A DNA stretch of 64,000 nucleotides from Candidatus Rariloculaceae bacterium (lineage in GTDB: Bacteria > Pseudomonadota > Gammaproteobacteria > Steroidobacterales > Rariloculaceae). Positions within the stretch are counted from its first letter, which is position 1, and each line of letters starts with the position of its first letter. Position numbers and translations under genes: made by a program. Below, in pieces: positions 57,092 to 64,000 of the stretch. The stretch lies in the NCBI GenBank assembly GCA_045561025.1, contig JBJKYM010000014.1, forward strand, positions 2,030 through 66,029, given 5' to 3'. The notes beneath the pieces were generated by a model. That model did no database searches, was not told where the DNA came from, and worked only from the letters and a program-made list of their open reading frames with translations.

Positions 57092-58232
57092 CAGCTAGCT
57101 CCTCCAGAGCGCTCGCCAACAGTTGTACGTCGGATGGCTGCAAAATCAACGCTGGTAGTAATCGTAGAATATGAGGGTCGCCGCTCGTACCCGCGAGAAT
57201 ATCTCGCTCGAGAAGCGCGTCTCGTACTTCTTTCGCCGGAGGGCTGGTTCGCAGGCCCAGCAGGAATCCCGCACCCCGAATTTCTGTAACGGGACCACGG
57301 ATACAGGTCTCACGTCTCAGTGCCGATACTTCGGTGACATTATCGAGCAGGCCGTCTTCGACGATTGTGTCGAGAACGGCGCAAATGACGGCGCAGGCGA
57401 GTGGGCCGCCGCCGAATGTCGTGCCAAGTGCGCCCGGGCCCAGTTCCCTGGCGATCTCGTCGCGCATGATCACGGCGCCGCAGGGAAATCCGCCGCCGAG
57501 AGACTTCGCCGTCGTAATGAAATCCGGAGTCACGGAAAAATAGTCGGCGCCGAAAGGCGTGCCCATACGGCCAACGCCGGTCTGAACTTCGTCGAGTATT
57601 AGTAGCGCACTATTCTCGTCGCAGACTTCACGTACGCGGGTCATGAACGACTGCTCGAAGCCGAATGCGCCGGCAACACCCTGAACCGGCTCTATGATCA
57701 CCGCGGCGGTATCGCTGTCGACAGCATCCGAGAGCGCAGCTGAATCGTTGCGCGGCACGAAGGTAACGTCCATCGGCGTGTTCGGGAATCCGTACCAGCG
57801 ATCGCGGGAGCCCCAGGTCACGGCACCAGCCGCTGCCGTGCGGCCATGAAAGCTACGCTCCATCGCGACAACCTTGTTACGACCCGTTGTCTGAATCGCG
57901 AGCCGCAGCGCGTTCTCGTTGGCTTCGGCGCCGCTATTGACGAAGAACACGCGATCCAGCCCGTCCGGCGCAAATGCGGTCAGCTTGTCGGCGGCCTCGT
58001 CCCTGACACGCATGCTGATCGCGTTACTCTGGAACATCAGCTGCTGCGCCTGCGTGAGTAGCGCTTCCGTCAGCCGCGGATGACCGTAGCCCAGCCCCGC
58101 GACGGCATGACCACCGTACAGGTCGAGCACGCGGCGTTGCTGGGCGTCCTCGAGATAGACACCCTGGCCGGTCGTCGGCTTGAACGAGAGCATTGGATAG
58201 ACCTCATCCAGATGGGCGGGATGTGCTGACAT
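57078..58232 (-). CDS. argD: Acetyl/succinyl-ornithine aminotransferase (class III PLP)
   Basis: GGHAVAGLGYGHP, FFVNSGAEANE, SFHGRT, LILDEVQTGVGR.G, and TTAKSLGGG (PLP Lys). ATG 58232 shares one nucleotide with the argC stop. Confidence 0.85.
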   Translation of the reverse strand: MSAHPAHLDEVYPMLSFKPTTGQGVYLEDAQQRRVLDLYGGHAVAGLGYGHPRLTEALLTQAQQLMFQSNAISMRVRDEAADKLTAFAPDGLDRVFFVNSGAEANENALRLAIQTTGRNKVVAMERSFHGRTAAAGAVTWGSRDRWYGFPNTPMDVTFVPRNDSAALSDAVDSDTAAVIIEPVQGVAGAFGFEQSFMTRVREVCDENSALLILDEVQTGVGRMGTPFGADYFSVTPDFITTAKSLGGGFPCGAVIMRDEIARELGPGALGTTFGGGPLACAVICAVLDTIVEDGLLDNVTEVSALRRETCIRGPVTEIRGAGFLLGLRTSPPAKEVRDALLERDILAGTSGDPHILRLLPALILQPSDVQLLASALEELADEPL

Positions 58233-59293
58233 CAGACCCACCCCGCCGGTGCGACGATCAGTCCTTCGGAATCCGGCCAGCCGCGGAGTCGGTTGACCCA
58301 CTGCACTGCGCCGCCGGCAGCCCCTTTGACGAGGTTGTCGATAACACAGCAGACGGTAACGCAGCTGTCATCGACGTCTACGCTTAACGTGGCGTTATTC
58401 GTGCCGACGATGTCCTTGAGACGCGGCGGTGTCGCCGCTACCGAAACGAATGCCGAGTTCGCGTAATACTCCGTTAATGCATCGCGTGCCTGCGTTGCAG
58501 TCACCGCGCTATTCAGCGGCGCGAAGATCGTCGCGTAGATACCGCGAGCGAACGGACCCGAATGCGGTACGAAGTGCAGGCTGGATTCCTTACCGGTGGC
58601 ATTCTGAGTCAGCGCACTAACCTCGGGTTGATGTCGGTGTCCCAATGGCTTGTACGCGAAGACATTGCTCTGGCGAAACGGATGATGCGTTGTGTCCCGG
58701 GGCGTCCCGCCGGCACCTGTACTACCGGTCACGGCGCTCACGAAAAATTCCGGCTCGCAAAGATCGTTGACGACCATCGGCACGATGCCGAGCAGCATCG
58801 CGGTTGCGAAACAACCGGGCTGGGCGGCGTGCGGTGTGTCGATCTCCGCGAGGTGCTCGGGTACAGCGCAACGGAAACTAGAGAGCCGGTCCGGCGCCGG
58901 ATGTGGCTGCCCGTACACTTCCTCGAAGCTCGCCGCGTCCGCGTAGCGAAAATCTGCTGAAGCATCGACGACAGTCATTTCGACTCCAGAAGCTTCAGCC
59001 GCCGACAGCAGGTTGTCGACGTGTCCCGCCGATGCGCCATGCGGCGCCGCGGAGATCACGACCCATTGCGGTGATTCGCCAATACGGCCAACGATATCGT
59101 CGGCGGACTCGAACCGTTGTTCCGGATAGACACTGGCGAGATGCCCGAAAGCCGACGCGATGGGCTTACCCATCTGGCTCGTCGAGACTGCCGCGCCGAG
59201 TTCAAGTCGTGGGTGCACGGCAATCAGGCGCAGCAACTCGCCAGCAACATAGCCGGTTCCACCGAGTACGATTGTCGGTAGCGCATTGCTCAT
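58232..59293 (-). CDS. argC: N-acetyl-gamma-glutamyl-phosphate reductase
   Basis: GGTGYVAGELLRL NAD(P) motif, active-site Cys in QPGCFATA, and C-terminal DNL.KGAAG.AVQ. Confidence 0.9.
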   Translation of the reverse strand: MSNALPTIVLGGTGYVAGELLRLIAVHPRLELGAAVSTSQMGKPIASAFGHLASVYPEQRFESADDIVGRIGESPQWVVISAAPHGASAGHVDNLLSAAEASGVEMTVVDASADFRYADAASFEEVYGQPHPAPDRLSSFRCAVPEHLAEIDTPHAAQPGCFATAMLLGIVPMVVNDLCEPEFFVSAVTGSTGAGGTPRDTTHHPFRQSNVFAYKPLGHRHQPEVSALTQNATGKESSLHFVPHSGPFARGIYATIFAPLNSAVTATQARDALTEYYANSAFVSVAATPPRLKDIVGTNNATLSVDVDDSCVTVCCVIDNLVKGAAGGAVQWVNRLRGWPDSEGLIVAPAGWV

Positions 59294-60363
59294 GCGGATG
59301 CTCCCGCTTTCTCGGATGAAGCGTCCAGACTCTCAAGAATCAGGTCGCCGAGTTCCGCGCCGTGCGTGAGCGCGTTCAACGCCCTTACACTCGAGCGCCT
59401 CTCGATAATCTCCAGCCCCACGTCGTTGTCCGTCGCAGGTCCGGTTACGACCGTGGGTTCGACCCCGAAACTCTCGCGCAGCAGCTTGACGCCACCCCAG
59501 GCACCGACAGGATCGTTCGCGCACAGCACGACGGAAGTTAAGGCTTCGCGGATCGACTCGTCGTGGAGTATGGCTTCGACGCCATACGCGCCGAGCAGTC
59601 CGTCACCGAGTTCGAACACGATCACGTCAGGTCGCTCAGCGGCGAGACTGTGTAGTAGTTTGCGAGTGAGGTCGGGCGCGTTGGCCGAGGTCGTAGCGAC
59701 GATACCGTAGTCCGAGAATATTCCGGTATGTCGTGCACCTGCGTCTTCCATCGCCAGAATGTCACGACGCAGCGCCACACCCGTACTCTTGAAGGCATCG
59801 ACGGTAAGACCGTTGTGACGCAAACGGCTGATGATCGTACAGGCGGCAACGGTTTTACCCGAGTCCATACAGGTGCCCGCTATGGCGACTACAGGTACGT
59901 CGTTGACGTTGAAGGATGAACCGGCCAGATCATCCTGAGAACCCACACGCGCGGGTACGCCGATGCGCTCGCCGAGGTAAGGGAACTCCAGGATGACACC
60001 CAGTACCCGGCAATCGAACGGCTGGCCGTGATTGGGATTGATCGCGTCGCAGATACCCATCACGCCACCGAGATTCAGAATCTGGATAACGTCGCCCGCG
60101 TGAAGCTCCGTGGGTATATGTCCTGAGTAACCGAACAGCGCTTTGCGATGGCCCAGGGCGCCGATGACGATGTCACCCCGTTTCACCTGCGCCATTCGGC
60201 CACTGGTCAGCTCCAGCGTGTTGTAGCGGGATTTGCTGTTGAGAACCTCCGCGGCTACAAGCACACCTTCCTCGCAGGGAATATCCGGACTGATCCGGAC
60301 TTCGCGACCGAGGTCGTTCGCGACGGCAACTGACGAAATTTTATCTACGACGAGCGATCGCAT
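59290..60363 (-). CDS. Uncharacterised protein X: ~160-aa N-terminal domain plus DTBS/CobQ/DUF1611-like P-loop domain, embedded in arg operon
   Basis: 357 aa from ATG 60363 (1 nt after the argG stop). Its stop overlaps the argC ATG (ATGA). Motifs VVAIAGTCMDSGKTVAA (GT-x4-GKT) and PDVIVFELGDG. No motif of a known arginine-pathway enzyme was recognised. Confidence 0.6.
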   Translation of the reverse strand: MRSLVVDKISSVAVANDLGREVRISPDIPCEEGVLVAAEVLNSKSRYNTLELTSGRMAQVKRGDIVIGALGHRKALFGYSGHIPTELHAGDVIQILNLGGVMGICDAINPNHGQPFDCRVLGVILEFPYLGERIGVPARVGSQDDLAGSSFNVNDVPVVAIAGTCMDSGKTVAACTIISRLRHNGLTVDAFKSTGVALRRDILAMEDAGARHTGIFSDYGIVATTSANAPDLTRKLLHSLAAERPDVIVFELGDGLLGAYGVEAILHDESIREALTSVVLCANDPVGAWGGVKLLRESFGVEPTVVTGPATDNDVGLEIIERRSSVRALNALTHGAELGDLILESLDASSEKAGASA

Positions 60364-60364
60364 A

Positions 60365-61573
60365 TCAGTCACCTTTGGCTCGTGTGTGCAGCATGCCCGG
60401 CAACGAGAGTACTCGGGAGAAGCCGAGCGCATCCGCGGGGGTCCACTCACCGGTAGCCTCTCCGTACTTGCCTTTACTTGCAGCCATCAGTGAGTGCGGT
60501 GACTCGACGCCGGCGACGAATACGCTACCCGGACGCAGCACGCAGCGCACCGTACCGGTAACCCGCTTCTGTGACGAGCCCAGCAGCGCCTCGATGTCGC
60601 GGCACGCCGGGTCCAGCTGTTTGCCCTCATGCACCAGATCGCCATAGGTCAGACTGAGCTGTTCTTTCACCCGCTGCTGCAACGCACTCAGCGTGAGTTT
60701 CTCGAGCTCGCGGTGGCAGGTTAGCAGTATGTCTGCGGCAGGTGCTTCGAACGCAACGCGGCCCTTCGTGCCGAGAATCGTGTCGCCCAGATGTACGCCG
60801 CGACCGATGCCGAACTTTCGGCCATGTTCTTCCAGCGCTTCGATTAATGCGACCGGCGCGAGCTCGGTACCGTTGAGCGACACCGGGACACCTTCCGCGA
60901 AACCGATTGTTAATTCCTCTTCGTCTGCCGATTCGCTGAACGCACCGGCGCTCAAGACCCAGGCCGACTCCGGTATCGACTCGAGGGAGTCGAGCGTTTC
61001 CGTGCCGCCGATCGTCACGCCCCAGAGCCCGCGATTGATCGAATAGGCTGATCCCTGTGCGGGCTCGGGCAGACCGCGATCAGCGAGATAGGCGAGCTGA
61101 TCTTCTCGTGCCCAGGAGTGATCGCGAACCGGTGCCAGTACTTCTAGCTCGGGTGCCAGCGTCTTGAGGATAATCTCGAAACGCACCTGATCATTGCCGG
61201 CGGCGGTGCAGCCGTGCGCGACGGTCGTGGCGCCGGTCTCGGCCGCGAGATCTGCAAGATAACGAGCCTGTATTCCGCGTTCCGATCCGACACAAAGCGG
61301 ATAGAGCTGTCCGCGGCGAACATTACCCATAATCAGGAACTTCAGTACCTGATCGAAAAATTCGTCGCGTGCCTCGACAAGCACGTGGTCCGATGCGCCC
61401 AGCAACTTCGCCCGCTCTTCGAGCGCTGTTGTTGCGGCAGCATCCAGACCGCCCGTGTTGACGGTTGCCGTTACAATCGGTCGGCCGTAGGTCTCCTCGA
61501 GCCACGGTACGCAAAAGGATGTATCCAGACCTCCGGAAAAGGCGAGAATGATCGGACTATTGTTATCGGTCAT
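60365..61573 (-). CDS. argG: Argininosuccinate synthase
   Basis: ILAFSGGLDTS, HGCTAAGNDQVRFE, and SINRGLWG motifs. 402 aa. Confidence 0.95.
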   Translation of the reverse strand: MTDNNSPIILAFSGGLDTSFCVPWLEETYGRPIVTATVNTGGLDAAATTALEERAKLLGASDHVLVEARDEFFDQVLKFLIMGNVRRGQLYPLCVGSERGIQARYLADLAAETGATTVAHGCTAAGNDQVRFEIILKTLAPELEVLAPVRDHSWAREDQLAYLADRGLPEPAQGSAYSINRGLWGVTIGGTETLDSLESIPESAWVLSAGAFSESADEEELTIGFAEGVPVSLNGTELAPVALIEALEEHGRKFGIGRGVHLGDTILGTKGRVAFEAPAADILLTCHRELEKLTLSALQQRVKEQLSLTYGDLVHEGKQLDPACRDIEALLGSSQKRVTGTVRCVLRPGSVFVAGVESPHSLMAASKGKYGEATGEWTPADALGFSRVLSLPGMLHTRAKGD

Positions 61574-62067
61574 GAGGTCGAGTTCCTCCAGCTTTTTCGC
61601 AGCCGCGATGTCAGCCGGCGTAGTTGGGCTGCGCCCGTCGTTGCTATAAATATCGTGTCGTCGCCTGAGAGCGTGCCGACGATCTCCGGCCAGTTGATGC
61701 GGTCCAGGGTTAGCGCGACTCGCTGTGCCGCACCGATCGCCGTCGTAATGACGAGCATGTTCGGTCCGGCCGGGCGGATATCGCGAACGAACTCCGCAAC
61801 GCTGGCGAGCTGCTGCTCGTTGTCGCCGTTGAGCCGTTCGGGCAAGCTGTAGCCGGAATTGAGCTTGGCTGCACCCATGTCCTTGAGATCGCGGCTGACA
61901 CTCGACTGGGTTGCGTGATACCCCTCAGCACGAAGCAGTTTTACGAGTTCGGTCTGCCGTACGATCGTATTGCTCTCAAGCAATTGTGCGATCGCCCGGC
62001 GGCGAGCTAGTTGTAGGGCGACGGCACTGGGCATGGCCGCAAAGCCTTGTTGCATAAAATTGCGCAT
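61570..62067 (-). CDS. argR: Arginine repressor ArgR (winged-helix plus hexamerisation domain type)
   Basis: RQTELVKLLRAEGYHATQSSVSRDLKDMG (wHTH) and C-terminal TLSGDDTIFI (GTIAGDDTI-like arginine-binding motif). The stop overlaps the argG ATG (ATGA). An alternative start is ATG 62055. Confidence 0.85.
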   Translation of the reverse strand: MRNFMQQGFAAMPSAVALQLARRRAIAQLLESNTIVRQTELVKLLRAEGYHATQSSVSRDLKDMGAAKLNSGYSLPERLNGDNEQQLASVAEFVRDIRPAGPNMLVITTAIGAAQRVALTLDRINWPEIVGTLSGDDTIFIATTGAAQLRRLTSRLRKSWRNSTS

Positions 62068-62123
62068 ACATTATATATTATGTGCAACTTTTGCAAGGCC
62101 TGAATATCAATTAGGAGCTACTA
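62068..62123. promoter_or_regulatory. Short AT-rich divergent control region (argR operon / esterase) with imperfect palindromes, possible ARG boxes
   Basis: TGCAA-ctt-TTGCA (62083-62095) and TGAAT-atca-ATTAG (62101-62114, compare the E. coli ARG box TGAAT-w4-ATTCA). Assignment is tentative. Confidence 0.3.
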
Positions 62124-62786
62124 GTGACAGATACGCTTGAAGCGCTCGAGATATCGACCGGCGATTTCCCCGTCGCCAGCGTGATCTGGTTGCATGGATT
62201 GGGCGCAGACGGCAATGATTTCGCGCCGCTCGTGCCGGAACTCGATCTGCCGGTTGCGACGCGCTTCGTCTTCCCCCATGCCCTGATACGTCCGGTCACC
62301 GTCAATATGGGTGTCCGAATGCGTGCGTGGTATGACATCTATTCTCTGGACCGAACCGACGTCGTAGATGAGGCGGGGATCGAGGCAAGCACTGAAGCGG
62401 TCACTGAGCTGATAGATAGGGAGATCCAGCGAGGTGTGGCCAGCGAGAATATTATCGTCGCCGGATTCTCCCAGGGCGGTGCGATCGGGCTGCAGGCTGC
62501 GCTGCGATATCCGCAACCCTTAGGCGGCGTACTCGCACTGTCGACCTACCTGACGCTTGCCGCGAAGCTCGAGGCGAACAAGTCACCGGGCAATGCTTCG
62601 ATACCGCTGTTTGTCGCTCACGGGACTCAGGACCCGGTCGTGCCGCCGGCGATGGGTCTTGCAGCGAAGGACCGGTTGGTCGAATTCGGCTACGCCGTAG
62701 AGTGGCATAGCTACGAAATGGCGCACTCGGTGTGCGCGGAGGAAGTGGCCGATATCAACGCCTGGCTGATCAGCCGTTTATCCTGA
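62124..62786 (+). CDS. Carboxylesterase/phospholipase family alpha/beta hydrolase
   Basis: VIWLHGLGADG..F, nucleophile elbow GFSQGG, HG..D.VV and H near the C-terminus. GTG start with AGGAG 7 nt upstream. Confidence 0.85.
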   Translation: MTDTLEALEISTGDFPVASVIWLHGLGADGNDFAPLVPELDLPVATRFVFPHALIRPVTVNMGVRMRAWYDIYSLDRTDVVDEAGIEASTEAVTELIDREIQRGVASENIIVAGFSQGGAIGLQAALRYPQPLGGVLALSTYLTLAAKLEANKSPGNASIPLFVAHGTQDPVVPPAMGLAAKDRLVEFGYAVEWHSYEMAHSVCAEEVADINAWLISRLS

Positions 62787-63516
62787 AGTTTTCGATACTC
62801 TCGCCGCGCGGCGCTCCGTTGGCGGCGAAGCGGCGCTCCGTGAACTGCAGTTCACCCTCAGGTGACAACATTACGACTGTCGAGCAGCGCGTGCCGTAGT
62901 GTTCGTCTGTAACATATATGGTTGAGCGCAGTTCCGTCGCGCGGTCAGCGTCAGGAGCGACGTCACCATGAAGCGATCGATCCGTCAGCATGCAGAACAG
63001 GCACTCGGCAGGCTCCGCGTGCTCCCTGCATACCTCTAACGTAGCTGCAGCGTGACGCACCTTGGGCCAGGGTGCCCCGAGCTCGGCGTTGCTCAGCGCA
63101 TGCACGCCTTGAGCAAGCCGCTGCGTCGCTGCCCGATTGCTTGCGTAGTGAAGTTCCCGTCCATCGAAAAGGATCAGATTGAAAGGGCCGTAGTCATTCT
63201 TGCTGGGTTCGAGCGCCGCAAGAAAATCGGTAGCGGTTACGGAGTCAGACAGGTAGTCCCCGACGAGACGCCCTCGCGATTGCGAATATTCTGTTCTCGG
63301 ATCTTCCCGAAAGTTCGTGACCGCCGCGAGACGCCCGCTTCGGTCTACGGCCAGCCAGCTTCCGCCTGCAACCAGATCGCGACCGCCGTAGATGTCGCGG
63401 TTATCTTCCCACCATCCGGCATCGGCCGTTGCCCGTAGATGCAGCTCGTCGCGATTGGCAGCGAAGACGAGACCGACAGGCGAGTGTTCCTGAAGTGAGA
63501 AGGCAACCAGACACAT
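62770..63516 (-). CDS. NRDE-family (TANGO2-like, DUF833) protein
   Basis: Starts MCLVAF...FAANRDE...GGSWL...AAVTNFRE, the diagnostic N-terminal Cys and NRDE motif. Confidence 0.8.
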   Translation of the reverse strand: MCLVAFSLQEHSPVGLVFAANRDELHLRATADAGWWEDNRDIYGGRDLVAGGSWLAVDRSGRLAAVTNFREDPRTEYSQSRGRLVGDYLSDSVTATDFLAALEPSKNDYGPFNLILFDGRELHYASNRAATQRLAQGVHALSNAELGAPWPKVRHAAATLEVCREHAEPAECLFCMLTDRSLHGDVAPDADRATELRSTIYVTDEHYGTRCSTVVMLSPEGELQFTERRFAANGAPRGESIENFRING

Positions 63517-63521
63517 GAAAC

Positions 63522-64000
63522 TCAGACCATCGCCGTGGTGTAGCGATCCTCCGGTTGTACGGAATGTAGCGCAAGACAGGCAGGGCAATCGTTACGCGGC
63601 AGTGCCAGCAGGTCGAATACGTAACTCATAGAACAAACCTCGCAGCGTGTAATTCCCAGCTCGTCGCCCCGCCGTATACCCAGCAGAAGGTTCCATCCCC
63701 ATTCAAACGACAGTGCAGGATTAGGCACTACGAGCAGGTGAGTCTCGTAACACTGGCAGAATCGATGGCCAAGATCCACGTTACCCTGCAACGCATGCGT
63801 CGTTTCGTCATCGGCACAGATCAGTCCGTTGGCACGGAGCAGGCTCACGAATACACCCGATTCCAGTGTCCGTTCGGGCGTTTGAATCAGTGGTGCGATC
63901 TGCGTCGGTGATTTTCCCCGGCGGCGCTTCACCGGGGCGGTTTCGTCGTATTTGAAGTAGCCCGTATACAGCTTCCGGATACGATCGTCGCTCAGACCGG
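63522..64000 (-). CDS. FlhC/SetC-like zinc-binding transcriptional activator subunit (5' end outside window)
   Basis: The frame is open to the window edge. LSDDRIRKLY...RRGKSP resembles FlhC LSRGRLIKLY...RGSPP. The C-terminal four Cys (TRCEVC...NDCPAC) match the FlhC zinc site arrangement. Confidence 0.5.
   Translation of the reverse strand, partial: GLSDDRIRKLYTGYFKYDETAPVKRRRGKSPTQIAPLIQTPERTLESGVFVSLLRANGLICADDETTHALQGNVDLGHRFCQCYETHLLVVPNPALSFEWGWNLLLGIRRGDELGITRCEVCSMSYVFDLLALPRNDCPACLALHSVQPEDRYTTAMV

Noticed and set aside
1-64000. Looked for tRNA/rRNA genes, CRISPR repeats, IS/transposase, integrase, toxin-antitoxin pairs and known defence-system signatures.
   Set aside because: None were recognised by eye in any frame or spacer. 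The window is dominated by housekeeping, respiratory and transport genes.

Overview
GC-rich chromosomal segment with gammaproteobacterial, Pseudomonas-like core synteny. It is almost fully coding (about 70 genes). I recognised no rRNA, tRNA, CRISPR array, IS element or integrase. Gene order, left to right: 3' end of mrcA; a frameshifted gltA; rpmE; rdgB-rph; a PP2C phosphatase; yicC-gmk-rpoZ-spoT-ridA-recG; ubiA; comF; bioB-bioC; ctaA-ctaB; uvrD; trkA-trkH; TRAP dctQM; an SLC13 permease; a small accessory patch (27.2-33.5 kb) of exported proteins, two of them visibly degraded; a coxMNOP-type haem-copper oxidase operon plus azurin; an orphan TRAP binding protein; dtd; tatABC; POT and OPT peptide transporters; an aminotransferase; a CDF exporter; dsbA-cytochrome c4 divergent from engB; polA; a tightly packed arginine operon (argR-argG-X-argC-argD-argF'-argB-argH-lptM); an esterase; an NRDE protein; and a partial FlhC-like regulator. 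The best candidate for something undescribed is gene X (59290..60363). It is a DTBS/CobQ/DUF1611-like P-loop protein, translationally coupled between argG and argC. The operon around it is of the acyl-citrulline type and lacks any N-acylglutamate synthase (argA/argJ) or deacylase (argE). Its carbamoyltransferase also has unusual residues at the acyl-specificity and carbamoyl-phosphate positions. Other points worth a second look: a C15 homopolymer that breaks gltA, a DARS-like triplet of DnaA boxes upstream of rpmE, a structured terminator-ended sRNA candidate in the polA-engB spacer (the Spot 42/ErsA position), a decaying dihaem cytochrome c paralogous to the CoxB tail, an inverted REP pair, and an AT-rich perfect palindrome carrying TATAAT on both strands. 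All family assignments come from reading motifs by eye and from memory. No database search was run.
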